DNA of 24,000 nucleotides from Eubacterium sp. (GTDB lineage Bacteria; Bacillota; Clostridia; Oscillospirales; Acutalibacteraceae): assembly GCA_015655975.1 (NCBI GenBank), contig DVEP01000035.1, positions 45,157 through 69,156 of the forward strand. Direction: 5' to 3'. Shown here piece after piece: positions 1-9,504 of the stretch. The position numbers and the translations under genes are program-made. Each line of letters starts with the position of its first letter. Position 1 is the first letter of the stretch. The notes beneath the pieces are model-generated. The model saw only the letters and a list, made by a program, of their open reading frames with translations. It was not told the DNA's origin and searched no databases.

Positions 1-368
1 ACGGCTACTTCAAAATGATTGAAAAGGTAACCGAAAAATACCCTAACTTTAAAGTTATTGCAACAACTTTAAGGACGGTTAAAACGGCTACAATCAATGA
101 TTGGAAAGCAATTTGTTGGGCTGACGGAAAAATATACTCTTCAATAGAGTTCCCCAACCTCGAAATATTTGACCGTGTCGGAGGCGGAGACAGTTTTGCA
201 TCGGGCTTAATTTACGGCTTAATGACATACGATGACCCTCAAAAAGCAGTCAACTACGGCGTTGCGCACGGCGCTCTTGCAATGACTACTCCGGGCGACA
301 CTTCAATGGCGTCCTTAAAAGAAGTTGAGTCAAAAATAAACGGCGGTTCTGCGCGAGTTCAAAGATAA
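1..368 (+). CDS. kdgK: PfkB-family sugar kinase, C-terminal fragment (2-dehydro-3-deoxygluconokinase-like); the 5' end lies outside the window
   Basis: The frame is open from the window edge to TAA at 366-368. It contains the PfkB signature-2 motif DRVGGGDSFASG. A KDPG aldolase gene follows directly, the classic kdgK-eda pairing. Confidence 0.7.
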   Translation, partial: GYFKMIEKVTEKYPNFKVIATTLRTVKTATINDWKAICWADGKIYSSIEFPNLEIFDRVGGGDSFASGLIYGLMTYDDPQKAVNYGVAHGALAMTTPGDTSMASLKEVESKINGGSARVQR

Positions 369-380
369 GGAGATAAAAAT

Positions 381-1040
381 ATGGCAAACAAAATAGAAAC
401 TCTCTCAAAAATTCAAAATTGCGGTATTGTAGCCGTTGTACGAGCAGAAAGTGTAGATATGGCAGAAAGAATAACAGACGCCTGTATAGAGGGCGGAGTT
501 GCCGCTATCGAACTGACATTTACAGTACCTCACGCTGAAAAACTGATTGAAGCTATGTGTACAAAATATTCAAACGGAGAAATCATTATCGGCGCAGGCA
601 CCGTTATGGACGAAGCTACGGCAAGAATTGCCATACTTTCAGGCGCCCAATATATTGTTTCCCCGTACTTTGACCCTGCAACCGTAAAGTGTTGTAACAG
701 ATACGGTGTTGCTTCAATGCCCGGTATATTCACGCCTACTGAGGCTGTGTCGGCTATGGAGTGCGGTGCAGATGTTTTAAAAGTTTTTCCCGGAGATATT
801 GCAACTCCTGCATTCATCAAAGACCTGCACGGTCCTATTCCGAACGCAGTGCTTATGCCGTCGGGCGGTGTAGATGTGAACAATGTTAAAGACTGGATTA
901 AAGCAGGCGCAGTAGCAGTAGGCGCAGGCTCATCGCTTATAGCAGGCGCAAAAACAGGCGACTATAAAAAGATTACCGAAACAGGAAAAATCTTTGTTCA
1001 AAAAATCAAAGAAGCCCGTGAAGAAATGAAAACTCGTTAA
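381..1040 (+). CDS. eda: 2-dehydro-3-deoxyphosphogluconate / 4-hydroxy-2-oxoglutarate aldolase
   Basis: 219-aa ORF with an AGGAG SD about 8 nt upstream of the ATG. KDPG-aldolase family blocks are present: GIVAVVR, AIELTF, Schiff-base lysine context DVLKVFPG, and PSGGV. Confidence 0.85.
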   Translation: MANKIETLSKIQNCGIVAVVRAESVDMAERITDACIEGGVAAIELTFTVPHAEKLIEAMCTKYSNGEIIIGAGTVMDEATARIAILSGAQYIVSPYFDPATVKCCNRYGVASMPGIFTPTEAVSAMECGADVLKVFPGDIATPAFIKDLHGPIPNAVLMPSGGVDVNNVKDWIKAGAVAVGAGSSLIAGAKTGDYKKITETGKIFVQKIKEAREEMKTR

Positions 1041-1106
1041 AATAAGATAGTTGAACATAGATGTGTTTAAAACAACTGTTCTTTTAATTTTACTTTTTCA
1101 GACAAC

Positions 1107-1156
1107 AAAAAACCACTTGTATTTCAAAGTGAGATACAAGTGGTTTCTTTTTTGTT
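1107..1156. terminator. Bidirectional rho-independent terminator between convergent eda and ilvC
   Basis: Perfect 13-bp stem: aaaccacttgtat (1110-1122) pairs with atacaagtggttt (1134-1146). An A-run lies upstream and cttttttgttt downstream, so it works on both strands. Confidence 0.8.
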
Positions 1157-1164
1157 TAAAATAA

Positions 1165-2181
1165 TTATTTTTCAGCGTATTTGTCTTCTTCTCCGCTCCA
1201 AGAATAGAGTTCACGAATTTCTGCGCCGACTTTTTCAAGTTGATGAGATGCTTCGAGTTCTCTTTTTGCTCTGAAGTGAGCCCAGCCGTTGTTGCTTTCT
1301 GTAATGAATTTTGAAGCAAATGTACCGTCCTGAATTTCTTCAAGAACTTTCTTCATTTCTTTCTTTGTTTCATCTGTAATGAGACGCTTGCCGATTTCGT
1401 AGTCGCCGAATTCAGCAGTGTTTGAAATTGAATATCTCATTTTTGAAAAACCGCCTACATAGATGAGGTCAACAATGAGTTTCATTTCGTGAATACACTC
1501 AAAGTAAGCATTTCTCGGGTCATAGCCTGCTTCAACAAGTGTTTCAAAACCTGCTTTCATAAGAGCTGTAACACCGCCGCAAAGAACTGCCTGTTCACCG
1601 AAAAGGTCTGTTTCTGTTTCACACTTGAATGTTGTTTCAAGAACGCCTGCACGAGCGCCGCCGATACCAAGTGCGTATGCAAGACCGATTTCCTGACATT
1701 TGCCTGTGTAGTCTTGGTAAACTGCGATAAGACAAGGAACACCTTTGCCCTCTTTGTACTCGGAACGAACTGTGTGTCCCGGTCCTTTAGGCGCAATCAT
1801 AAATACATCGACATTTGCAGGAGGAAGTATTTGTTTGAAATGAATGTTAAAGCCGTGAGCAAAAGCAAGTGCTTTGCCTTCTGTAAGGTGCGGTTCGATA
1901 TTTTCTTTATAAATCTTTGCCTGAACTTCGTCGGGAGCAAGAATCATAATGATATCAGCAGCCTCTGCTGCCTGTGCTGTTGTCATTACTGTAAGACCGT
2001 CGTCTTCTGCTTTTTTCCAGCTTTTTGAGCCTTCGTAAAGTCCGACTACAACATCAACACCGCTTTCTTTAAGGTTAAGTGCATGTGCATGACCTTGAGA
2101 GCCAAAACCGATTATGGCAACTTTTTTTCCTTCAAGAACGCCAAGATTACAATCTTCTTGGTGAAAAAGTTTTGCTGACAT
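1165..2181 (-). CDS. ilvC: Ketol-acid reductoisomerase (class I, NADP-dependent)
   Basis: 338 aa. N-terminal Rossmann block [23 protein letters not shown] and full-length KARI-like sequence. GGAGG SD upstream of the ATG. Confidence 0.95.
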   Translation of the reverse strand: MSAKLFHQEDCNLGVLEGKKVAIIGFGSQGHAHALNLKESGVDVVVGLYEGSKSWKKAEDDGLTVMTTAQAAEAADIIMILAPDEVQAKIYKENIEPHLTEGKALAFAHGFNIHFKQILPPANVDVFMIAPKGPGHTVRSEYKEGKGVPCLIAVYQDYTGKCQEIGLAYALGIGGARAGVLETTFKCETETDLFGEQAVLCGGVTALMKAGFETLVEAGYDPRNAYFECIHEMKLIVDLIYVGGFSKMRYSISNTAEFGDYEIGKRLITDETKKEMKKVLEEIQDGTFASKFITESNNGWAHFRAKRELEASHQLEKVGAEIRELYSWSGEEDKYAEK

Positions 2182-2232
2182 ATAAATTCCTCCAATTCAT
2201 TATTTTTTAGCCATTTTCAAAACTATAATTTA

Positions 2233-2261
2233 ATTTTATTATCTTAACTTTGTCTTGTCAA
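2233..2261 (-). promoter_or_regulatory. Sigma-A-type promoter for ilvC (TTGACA-17-TAAAAT)
   Basis: On the minus strand, TTGACA is at 2261-2256, followed by a 17-nt spacer and TAAAAT at 2238-2233. The predicted leader is only about 45 nt. Confidence 0.5.
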
Positions 2262-2304
2262 GTCTAAAGTTATCATATTTAAGCGATATATTTTCACTTT
2301 TCTC

Positions 2305-2333
2305 TTGTAAATCACATATAAATAGTTTAAAAT
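2305..2333 (+). promoter_or_regulatory. Sigma-A-type promoter for the DUF815 ATPase gene (TTGTAA-17-TAAAAT)
   Basis: TTGTAA at 2305-2310, a 17-nt spacer, and TAAAAT at 2328-2333. It is divergent from the ilvC promoter. Confidence 0.45.
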
Positions 2334-2373
2334 TAAGATATATACAATATTTTTTAACTCGGTGAAGATTAAA

Positions 2374-3594
2374 ATGACAAATTTAAAAAAATTTTCTTTG
2401 TTGGCAGACTCACTTTGCATATACGATTTTTCAAACGACAGTGTTTTTAAGTCTTTCACAAAACTTTTGAAAACAAAAGATGAAATTGACTTAATTTCAA
2501 ATTACAGAGATTTTTACAGAACTCTGCCGTGTGAAAAATCTTTTAGTAAATATTTATATGACGCTGTTTTGACAAATGAAAACGAGTTTACAAAGCGCGT
2601 CGCTTTTCCCCACGAAAAAATTGACAGTTCACTCAAAGATGCGGCAATAAGCGATTTGAAAAAACTTTCAACGCTCAGCACATTTTGTACAAACGACATA
2701 TATTTTGAAGTATCAGACGAGGATGTAAAAGAGATTTTATACTCAATGCCGAAAATATCGTCTGCTGCTGAAAACCCGAATTGGAACGAAAAGACAGACG
2801 AAATTATTGCATTCAGCCGAAAAAACGGCTGCGGAATTTTTGCAAAAAGCAAGGCTTTCAGTTGGAGAAACAAGGAACTCTGCCCTATACAATCTTTTGA
2901 CAGGACAAAACTTTCCGATTTAAAAAACTATGAAATCCAGAGAAAAAAAGTAATTGACAACACAGAGAGTTTTGTTGACGGCTACCCTGCAAACAATGTT
3001 TTGCTGTACGGCGACAGAGGTACCGGCAAAAGTTCGACAGTTCACGCAGTTTTAAACGAATATTCCGACAAAGGACTGCGTATGATTGAACTTTCCAAAA
3101 AGTCAATTCCCGAACTTCCCGTTTTGCTTGAAAAACTGAACGGTTGTCCGCTGAAATTCATCATTTTCATTGACGACCTTTCTTTTGACAGCGATGACGA
3201 CAGTTTTGCAGAACTCAAGGCCGCACTTGAAGGTTCTCTCTCGGCAAAGCAAAACAACACGCTTATCTATGCAACATCTAACAGACGGCATCTTGTCAAA
3301 GAAACTTTTTCTTCCCGTGACGGCGACGAAGTGCACAGAGCCGACACAATACAGGAGCAAATGAGTTTGTCGGACAGGTTCGGACTGACTGTTACATTTA
3401 CGAACCCCGACAAGAAGAACTATCTTGAAATCATTGACAAGCTTGCGCTCGACAGAAAAATCTATGTCGAACAAACAAAACTGCACCAAAAAGCAGAACA
3501 GTGGGCGCTTGCAAAAGGCGGACGAAATCCAAGGTGTGCAAAGCAGTTTATCAACTATGTCGAAAGCTGTGAAAAGCGTGGCAAAGAATGGTAA
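2374..3594 (+). CDS. AAA+ ATPase, DUF815-type ATP-binding protein with an uncharacterised N-terminal half of about 200 aa
   Basis: Walker A LLYGDRGTGKSS and Walker B FIIFIDDLSF. The C-terminal half resembles the DUF815 (PF05673) family from memory. The six-frame ORF opens at GTG 2362, but ATG 2374 sits behind GGTGAAG and is the likelier start. Confidence 0.7.
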   Translation: MTNLKKFSLLADSLCIYDFSNDSVFKSFTKLLKTKDEIDLISNYRDFYRTLPCEKSFSKYLYDAVLTNENEFTKRVAFPHEKIDSSLKDAAISDLKKLSTLSTFCTNDIYFEVSDEDVKEILYSMPKISSAAENPNWNEKTDEIIAFSRKNGCGIFAKSKAFSWRNKELCPIQSFDRTKLSDLKNYEIQRKKVIDNTESFVDGYPANNVLLYGDRGTGKSSTVHAVLNEYSDKGLRMIELSKKSIPELPVLLEKLNGCPLKFIIFIDDLSFDSDDDSFAELKAALEGSLSAKQNNTLIYATSNRRHLVKETFSSRDGDEVHRADTIQEQMSLSDRFGLTVTFTNPDKKNYLEIIDKLALDRKIYVEQTKLHQKAEQWALAKGGRNPRCAKQFINYVESCEKRGKEW

Positions 3595-3713
3595 AAAAAT
3601 ATTTATAGCGCGTTCACAATTTTAAAAAAATGTTTACTGCATCATAAAATTATGAACAAACTATACTGATATTATCGAATAGAAGTAAAAATCAAACAGA
3701 AAAGGAGCACAAA

Positions 3714-4412
3714 ATGAACAACAGTAAAATCATGGTTGTAGATGACGACCAAAACATTTGCGAACTACTTAAACTCTATCTTGAAAATGAAGGCTGTACT
3801 GTTTTTGTTACAAACGACGGTCAATCGGCAGTTGCTATGGCAGAAGCTAAATCTCCCGATTTAATTTTGCTTGATATTATGCTTCCTAAAATGGACGGCT
3901 GGCAGGTTTGCCGAGAAATCAGAAAAACATCAAATGTTCCGATTATAATGCTTACTGCAAAAGGCGAAACTTTTGACAAAGTTCTCGGTCTTGAACTCGG
4001 AGCAGACGACTATGTTGTAAAACCGTTTGACACAAAGGAAGTTATGGCGCGCGTAAAAGCAGTTTTAAGAAGAACAAACGGCGAATCTGAAAACGCTTCA
4101 AAAGAAAAGAAGGTAGTTGTGTATGACAAACTTGAAATCAATATTACCAACTACGAACTGATAGTTGACGGCGTTCAAATTGACACACCGCCTAAAGAGC
4201 TTGAACTTATTTACCACTTTGCGTCAAATCCGAACAGAGTTTTCACAAGAGACCAACTTCTCGACGAGGTTTGGGGCTTTGATTACTACGGCGACTCAAG
4301 AACGGTCGATGTCCATGTAAAAAGACTTCGTGAAAAACTTGAGGGCGTTTCAGACAAATGGGCTTTAAAAACCGTTTGGGGCGTCGGATACAAATTTGAA
4401 ACAAAGGATTAA
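3714..4412 (+). CDS. OmpR/PhoB-family two-component response regulator
   Basis: Receiver domain motifs: VVDDD, phospho-acceptor context LILLDIMLPKMDG, and KPF. The C-terminus is a winged-helix domain (LTxKELELI...VWG...RTVDVHVKRLREKL). AGGAG SD present. Confidence 0.92.
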   Translation: MNNSKIMVVDDDQNICELLKLYLENEGCTVFVTNDGQSAVAMAEAKSPDLILLDIMLPKMDGWQVCREIRKTSNVPIIMLTAKGETFDKVLGLELGADDYVVKPFDTKEVMARVKAVLRRTNGESENASKEKKVVVYDKLEINITNYELIVDGVQIDTPPKELELIYHFASNPNRVFTRDQLLDEVWGFDYYGDSRTVDVHVKRLREKLEGVSDKWALKTVWGVGYKFETKD

Positions 4413-4418
4413 TCTCTG

Positions 4419-5933
4419 ATGTCTGATTTTTCACTTCAAAAAAAGATACAAAAGACCAAAAAAAAACAAGAAAAAAAGACAAATATTTTCACAAAATATT
4501 TTACACTCTTTTCTGTAATACTTTTTGTAACTTTTTCCGTATTAGGCACGACGCTTCTCATACTTATTAACAGTTATTGGCAGCAAGACAAAACAAAACT
4601 GCTCATTGAAAATACGAAAAGTGTGGCTACTGCAGCAGAATCTTTATTGATAATTCAGGATATGAACAATCAATATTCGATTGAAAAAAGTTTTTTATGC
4701 GACACACTCAGCATTTTATCGACTTCTATCGACGCCGATGTTTTCATTTGTGATGTGGGCGGCTCTGTGATTATGTGTAAGGAACGCGCAAGTTCAAAAC
4801 CTGTTTACGGCTCATTTCAGGCATGTAAAAAACACAGCAATTTCAATATGGATTCCGCTACACTTCAGAGGGTTTACGAGGGTGAATCTGTCGGCAGAGG
4901 AATAATAAACGGCGAAGAATACTATGTTGTAGGGCAAACAATCGTAAGCAACGGTCAAATCATAGGCACTGTTTTCGCAACTACCGAAACGGGAACATCA
5001 AGTCTCGTTTCCGATATTATGAAAATATTTATTTTATCGGCTGTACTTTGTCTTTGTGTTGCGTACATAGGCGTATATTTCCTGTCAAAGCGAATGACCG
5101 ACCCGTTGCTTCAAATCAGCACCGCGGCAAAACAGTTTGCAAACGGCGACTTCTCATACCGTGTAAATGTTCACTCAAACGATGAAATTGAAGAACTCGC
5201 ACAAACTCTAAACGATATGGCAAACGCACTTGACAAACTTGAAGGCTCAAGGCGTAGTTTTGTTGCAAATGTTTCGCACGAATTGAAAACGCCTATGACT
5301 TCCATTGCAGGTTTTATTGACGGCATTCTTGACGGTACTGTCCCGAAAGAAAAAGAAAAATACTACCTGAAAATTGTAAGCGACGAAGTTAGACGACTTT
5401 CGCGCCTTGTAGTTGCTATGCTTAATATGAGTAAAATTGAAAGCGGAGACTTTGTTATGAAATATCACAACTATGATATTTCCGAGCAAATCATCAATAT
5501 ACTTTTAACCTTTGAGCAAAAAATTGAGCAAAAGAATATTGAAATTTTCGGTTTAGACAAACTTGCTCCTACAAAAGTCAACGCTGACCCTGATATGATT
5601 TACCAAGTAATATACAACATTGTTGACAACGCAGTGAAGTTCACAAATGTCAACGGCTATATTTCAGTAAATCTAAAAGACGAAGACAATTTTGTAAGGG
5701 TTTCAATCAAAAACAGCGGAAACGGAATTAAATCAGAAGAACTTTCCAAAATATTTGAAAGATTTTATAAAGTAGATAAGTCAAGAAGCCTTGACGCTAA
5801 AGGCGCAGGCCTTGGTTTATATATTGTTAAAACAATGGTTGAAATGCACGGTGGAAAAATTTGGGCTCAAAGCAAAGAGCCGAAAAGCGCCGAATTTATA
5901 TTTACCCTTCCGAAAAAGACTTCTAACAAATGA
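4419..5933 (+). CDS. Membrane sensor histidine kinase (two TM segments, HAMP, HisKA, HATPase_c)
   Basis: H-box SHELKTPMTSI, N-box DNAVKFT, and G-boxes GLGLYIV. Two hydrophobic segments flank a loop of about 150 aa. The gene starts 7 nt after the response regulator stop. Confidence 0.92.
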   Translation: MSDFSLQKKIQKTKKKQEKKTNIFTKYFTLFSVILFVTFSVLGTTLLILINSYWQQDKTKLLIENTKSVATAAESLLIIQDMNNQYSIEKSFLCDTLSILSTSIDADVFICDVGGSVIMCKERASSKPVYGSFQACKKHSNFNMDSATLQRVYEGESVGRGIINGEEYYVVGQTIVSNGQIIGTVFATTETGTSSLVSDIMKIFILSAVLCLCVAYIGVYFLSKRMTDPLLQISTAAKQFANGDFSYRVNVHSNDEIEELAQTLNDMANALDKLEGSRRSFVANVSHELKTPMTSIAGFIDGILDGTVPKEKEKYYLKIVSDEVRRLSRLVVAMLNMSKIESGDFVMKYHNYDISEQIINILLTFEQKIEQKNIEIFGLDKLAPTKVNADPDMIYQVIYNIVDNAVKFTNVNGYISVNLKDEDNFVRVSIKNSGNGIKSEELSKIFERFYKVDKSRSLDAKGAGLGLYIVKTMVEMHGGKIWAQSKEPKSAEFIFTLPKKTSNK

Positions 5934-5951
5934 ACAAAGGAGTAATTATTT

Positions 5952-7406
5952 ATGAGTTTTAACAAAGACGAAAACGGCGGATTTCCAAACAATGAAAATC
6001 AAAACACGCAGTACACACCGCCTCAGCAGTCTCCTGTGAACAACAACGGCGAATATCATTATGTTCCACCTCAAAACACTCAAAACCAACAAAGTTACAC
6101 GACAAACAACACAAGTCAGCAAAATCAGTACTATCAACCCGAATACAATCAAAACAACAATTTTGAAAATAACCCCGTAAAGAAAAAAGGCAAAAAAAGT
6201 AAAACCGTATGGGCTATTGTAATTGTTGCCGTTGTTTGTGTTGCAGTTGCAGTTTTCGGCATTCTCTACGGTGTAAAAAACTCCAAAAACACCGACGGTA
6301 CAAGTACAACCGAATATTCAGGAGGCGCAACAGTTCAGTCAAGCGACAGTTCTCCGACAGAAGATGAAAACGGCAATCTTACAACCGTAGGCGTTGTAAA
6401 AAAAGTTCTCGGCTCATGCGTAGGAATTACCGTTTACAGCGACCAAACACAAGCCGGTGATTTTTACAACTACTTCTATTCAAACGGTCAAAACAACAAC
6501 AATTCAAATCCTGCTAAGTCAGGCGAAGGTTCAGGCGTTTTGATGTATGAAGACAAAGAAAAAGGGTTAACATATATTTTAACCTGCGCCCATGTAATTT
6601 CAGGCGGAACGAAGTTCACAGTTACTACAGCTGACGGCAAAGAATACAACGCAAGTCTTGTAGGCTACGACAACCAAACAGACATCGGCGTTCTCTCAAT
6701 TTCAGCAACAGGTTTGAGTATTGCCGAGTTCGGCAACTCGGAAGATATTGATATAGGCGAAGATTGTATAGCAATCGGTAATCCTGGCGGACTTGAGTTT
6801 TCAAACAGCGTTACAAAGGGTATAGTTTCGGGTCTTAACCGTCCTGTTGAAAGTTCAATAGGCTACGACAACAAGTGTATTCAGGTTGACGCTGCAATCA
6901 ACCCCGGTAACAGTGGCGGCGCATTATTCAATATGCAGGGTCAGGTTATCGGAATTAACTCATCTAAAATTGCCGCTACTGACTACGAAGGTATCGGTTT
7001 TGCAATTCCGAGCAATACTGCTATAGACAATGCAAACTCAATCATTAAAAACGGCTATGTTGCAGGCAGAGCTCAAATAGGCATCAAATATGCGCCTGTT
7101 TCACAGTTCAGCAACGCAAACGCAATCATTTCAGAACTTGAAAAAGAAGGCTATAAAGACGCAGAGGGCGCTATTGTAGTCAGCAGTGTCAACGAAGATT
7201 CCGACTTAGCAAGTAAAGATGTTAAACAGTATGATATTATCGTTTCAGTTGACGATAAAGTCTTGACTTCTACCGACATTTTAACCTCAACACTTGCAGA
7301 CAAAAAGCCGGGAGATACAGTAGAACTGACTTTGGCAAGAGCGGAAAACAACAAACTTAAAATTTTTAAAGTTTCCTGTAAACTCGGAGAATCAAAAGGA
7401 AACTGA
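5952..7406 (+). CDS. htrA: HtrA/DegP-family membrane-anchored serine protease with PDZ domain and a Q/N-rich N-terminal tail
   Basis: Catalytic triad contexts TCAHV, DIGVL and GNSGGAL, with a C-terminal PDZ-like region. One TM segment (WAIVIVAVVCVAVAVFGILYG) follows about 85 aa of low-complexity sequence. AGGAG SD present. Confidence 0.9.
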   Translation: MSFNKDENGGFPNNENQNTQYTPPQQSPVNNNGEYHYVPPQNTQNQQSYTTNNTSQQNQYYQPEYNQNNNFENNPVKKKGKKSKTVWAIVIVAVVCVAVAVFGILYGVKNSKNTDGTSTTEYSGGATVQSSDSSPTEDENGNLTTVGVVKKVLGSCVGITVYSDQTQAGDFYNYFYSNGQNNNNSNPAKSGEGSGVLMYEDKEKGLTYILTCAHVISGGTKFTVTTADGKEYNASLVGYDNQTDIGVLSISATGLSIAEFGNSEDIDIGEDCIAIGNPGGLEFSNSVTKGIVSGLNRPVESSIGYDNKCIQVDAAINPGNSGGALFNMQGQVIGINSSKIAATDYEGIGFAIPSNTAIDNANSIIKNGYVAGRAQIGIKYAPVSQFSNANAIISELEKEGYKDAEGAIVVSSVNEDSDLASKDVKQYDIIVSVDDKVLTSTDILTSTLADKKPGDTVELTLARAENNKLKIFKVSCKLGESKGN

Positions 7407-7437
7407 TAAAACAAATTAAACTATACTAATCTAAAAA

Positions 7438-7476
7438 AACCGTCGTTGAGCAAAATGCAATACGGCGGTTTTGTTT
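7438..7476 (+). terminator. Rho-independent terminator of the RR-HK-htrA operon
   Basis: 9-bp stem aaccgtcgt / acggcggtt (one G-U pair) followed by ttgttt. The loop is relatively long at 15 nt. Confidence 0.55.
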
Positions 7477-7537
7477 AGTTGATTATTTGAAAATACTGTG
7501 ATATATTTATTTTAAGTATTATACATAGGAGGATATT

Positions 7538-8140
7538 ATGACAACACGAGAAAGAATGCAGAACGGGTATCTCTATGACCCGGGAGAAAGTGATATACTC
7601 GAAGAACAACAGGAGTGCTTGGAAAAGTTGTACGACTTCAACGCTACAAGACCGAGTGAAATGAAAAAACGAGAAGAAATGTTAAAGGATATGTTTGCAG
7701 AAATAGGAGAAAACTGCTATATAGAACCGCCTTTTCACGCAAACTTCGGCGGAAAGCATGTTCATTTCGGAGATTGGGTATATGCCAACTTCAATCTCAC
7801 TTTAGTTGACGACTCAGATATTTTTGTCGGAAACAATGTTATGTTCGCGCCAAATGTCATTGTCGCAACTGCAGGACACCCCATTTTACCCGAACTTCGT
7901 GAAAAAGGAATACAGTTCAATATTCCCGTACACATAGGCAACAATGTTTGGATAGGTGCAGGAAGCGTAATTTTGCCGGGGGTAACTATCGGCGACAACA
8001 CCGTAATAGGCGCAGGCAGTGTTGTAACAAAAGATATTCCATCTGACTCCGTCGCTTACGGCAACCCTTGCAAAGTTGTGCGTGAAATAGGCGAAAAAGA
8101 CAAATTGTATTACTTTAAAAACAGAAAAGTAGATATGTAA
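7538..8140 (+). CDS. maa: Maltose/galactoside O-acetyltransferase (left-handed beta-helix, hexapeptide repeats)
   Basis: 200 aa. The N-terminal Mac domain (ERMQNGYLYDP), the hexapeptide repeats (IGNNVWIGAGSVILPGVTIGDNTVIGAGSVV) and the YGNPCKV tail are typical of the Maa/LacA family. AGGAGG SD present. Confidence 0.88.
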   Translation: MTTRERMQNGYLYDPGESDILEEQQECLEKLYDFNATRPSEMKKREEMLKDMFAEIGENCYIEPPFHANFGGKHVHFGDWVYANFNLTLVDDSDIFVGNNVMFAPNVIVATAGHPILPELREKGIQFNIPVHIGNNVWIGAGSVILPGVTIGDNTVIGAGSVVTKDIPSDSVAYGNPCKVVREIGEKDKLYYFKNRKVDM

Positions 8141-8142
8141 AA

Positions 8143-8889
8143 ATGCAAAACAACTCAAATTTAACCTGCAAAAGATTTTCGGAACTGTCAAACAGAGCGT
8201 ACAGTAAAAACTATGCCGTGTTTTCTGACTTTTTAAATATAGACGAGCAGAGCGAACTTTTAAATACAAAACTTGTATCGAACTTTTTTCTTTTCGGCGG
8301 TTTTGAAACGGCTGAAAGAAAAATAGCCTGCTTTTACAACGATTTCAAGCCTGAATTGAGCGATTTCCCGCTTGAATGTATTAAAATCTCCCCTGCCAAC
8401 AGTAAGTTTGCAGACAAACTTACACACAGAGATTTTCTAGGTTCTGTCATCGGTTTGGGAATAAAAAGAGAAACTTTGGGCGATATTACAGTAAACGAAA
8501 ACTGTGGCTATATCTTCTGTCTTGACACAATATCGGGCTTTATTGTCGAAAATTTAAAAAAAGTCAAACACACAACGGTTACTTGCGAAAAAATATACAA
8601 TTTGCCCGAAAATGTTGTTTCAAAGCCTGTACCTGAAAGTATCATTGTGCCGTCTCTCAGAATTGACGCCGTATGTGCAGGAGTTTATAAATTTTCACGA
8701 AGCAACGCAAAAACTCTTTTTGAGCAAAATAAAATTTTCGTAAACAGTAAAATCTGTCAAAACAGTTCCTATATTTTAAAGGAAAATGACCTGATTTCCG
8801 TCAGAGGTTTCGGCAGATTTATATATTCAAGAACAGTTAAAGAAACAAAAAAGTCAAGACTTGTGATTGATATTGAAAACTTTAAATGA
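8143..8889 (+). CDS. YlmH-like RNA-binding protein with C-terminal S4 domain
   Basis: 248 aa. The LTHRDFLGSVIGLGIKRETLGDI block and the C-terminal S4-like region (LRIDAVCAGVYKFSRSNAKTLFEQNKIFVN) match the YlmH family as I recall it. Confidence 0.65.
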   Translation: MQNNSNLTCKRFSELSNRAYSKNYAVFSDFLNIDEQSELLNTKLVSNFFLFGGFETAERKIACFYNDFKPELSDFPLECIKISPANSKFADKLTHRDFLGSVIGLGIKRETLGDITVNENCGYIFCLDTISGFIVENLKKVKHTTVTCEKIYNLPENVVSKPVPESIIVPSLRIDAVCAGVYKFSRSNAKTLFEQNKIFVNSKICQNSSYILKENDLISVRGFGRFIYSRTVKETKKSRLVIDIENFK

Positions 8890-8951
8890 TAAAATTTTTC
8901 GCCAAACATTTTTAATATAATCAATCAGTACAATCAAAATGAGGTGATTTT

Positions 8952-9368
8952 ATGAAAAAAATTATTTTAATTTCATTTGCGCTGATTTTTGCATTTTCAC
9001 TTTTTTACGGTTGTTCAAAATCAAGCACAGACAAAGATTTAAAAAATCAAAGCAACAGTTTGGCTTATCAAAAAATTTCATCAAAAGAAGCGAAAAATTT
9101 AATGGATACAGAAAAAGACTATGTCATTTTAGATGTTCGCACTAAAGAGGAATTTGATGAAAAACACATACCGAACGCTGTGCTCATCCCCGACACTGAA
9201 ATTGAGCAAAAAGCAGAGTCCGTGTTAAAAGACAAGGACCGACTTATTTTAGTCTATTGCAGGACAGGCAGACGCAGTGCTTTGGCAGCAAAGCAACTTG
9301 TTGAACTCGGCTATACAAATGTAAAAGACTTCAGCGGAATCGTCGATTGGCAGTATGAAACAGAATAA
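8952..9368 (+). CDS. Rhodanese-domain lipoprotein (sulfurtransferase-like)
   Basis: Signal peptide with lipobox LFYGC. Rhodanese fold with an active-site loop CRTGRRS. GAGGTGA SD present. Confidence 0.85.
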   Translation: MKKIILISFALIFAFSLFYGCSKSSTDKDLKNQSNSLAYQKISSKEAKNLMDTEKDYVILDVRTKEEFDEKHIPNAVLIPDTEIEQKAESVLKDKDRLILVYCRTGRRSALAAKQLVELGYTNVKDFSGIVDWQYETE

Positions 9369-9372
9369 TAAT

Positions 9373-9417
9373 AAACAAAGGTCCTCTCAACGATAAATGT
9401 TGAGAGGACCTTTGTTT
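9373..9417. terminator. Bidirectional terminator between convergent rhodanese and GDPD genes
   Basis: Perfect 19-bp inverted repeat: aaacaaaggtcctctcaac (9373-9391) pairs with gttgagaggacctttgttt (9399-9417), with a 7-nt loop. Confidence 0.8.
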
Positions 9418-9504
9418 ATGCAAAATTTACTGCACTTGTGACTTATGCAATTGTTTCTACAAAAACTAAAGAGTAGTTTTCAGGACTTGAAAACAATTTT
9501 TTCA

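Noticed and set aside
530-883. Long antisense or out-of-frame ORFs inside confidently assigned genes. Examples: 530-883(-), 1489-2028(+), 2514-2873(-), 3103-3489(-), 9524-9856(+), 10532-11083(+), 12552-12857(+), 17494-18066(+), 18083-18400(+), 21807-22196(-).
   Set aside because: Each lies wholly within a well-supported CDS on the other strand or in another frame. Their composition is low-complexity or Cys/Phe/Leu-rich, typical of shadow frames in AT-rich DNA. None has a Shine-Dalgarno site.
1098-1343. An 81-aa ORF on the minus strand overlapping the eda/ilvC terminator and the ilvC 3' end.
   Set aside because: It is out of frame with ilvC, spans the terminator hairpin, has no SD, and has lysine/asparagine-rich composition typical of AT-rich noise.
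2182-2232. A T-box or other leader riboswitch upstream of ilvC.
   Set aside because: The predicted promoter leaves a leader of only about 45 nt. That is far too short for a T-box, and no specifier or antiterminator structure is visible.
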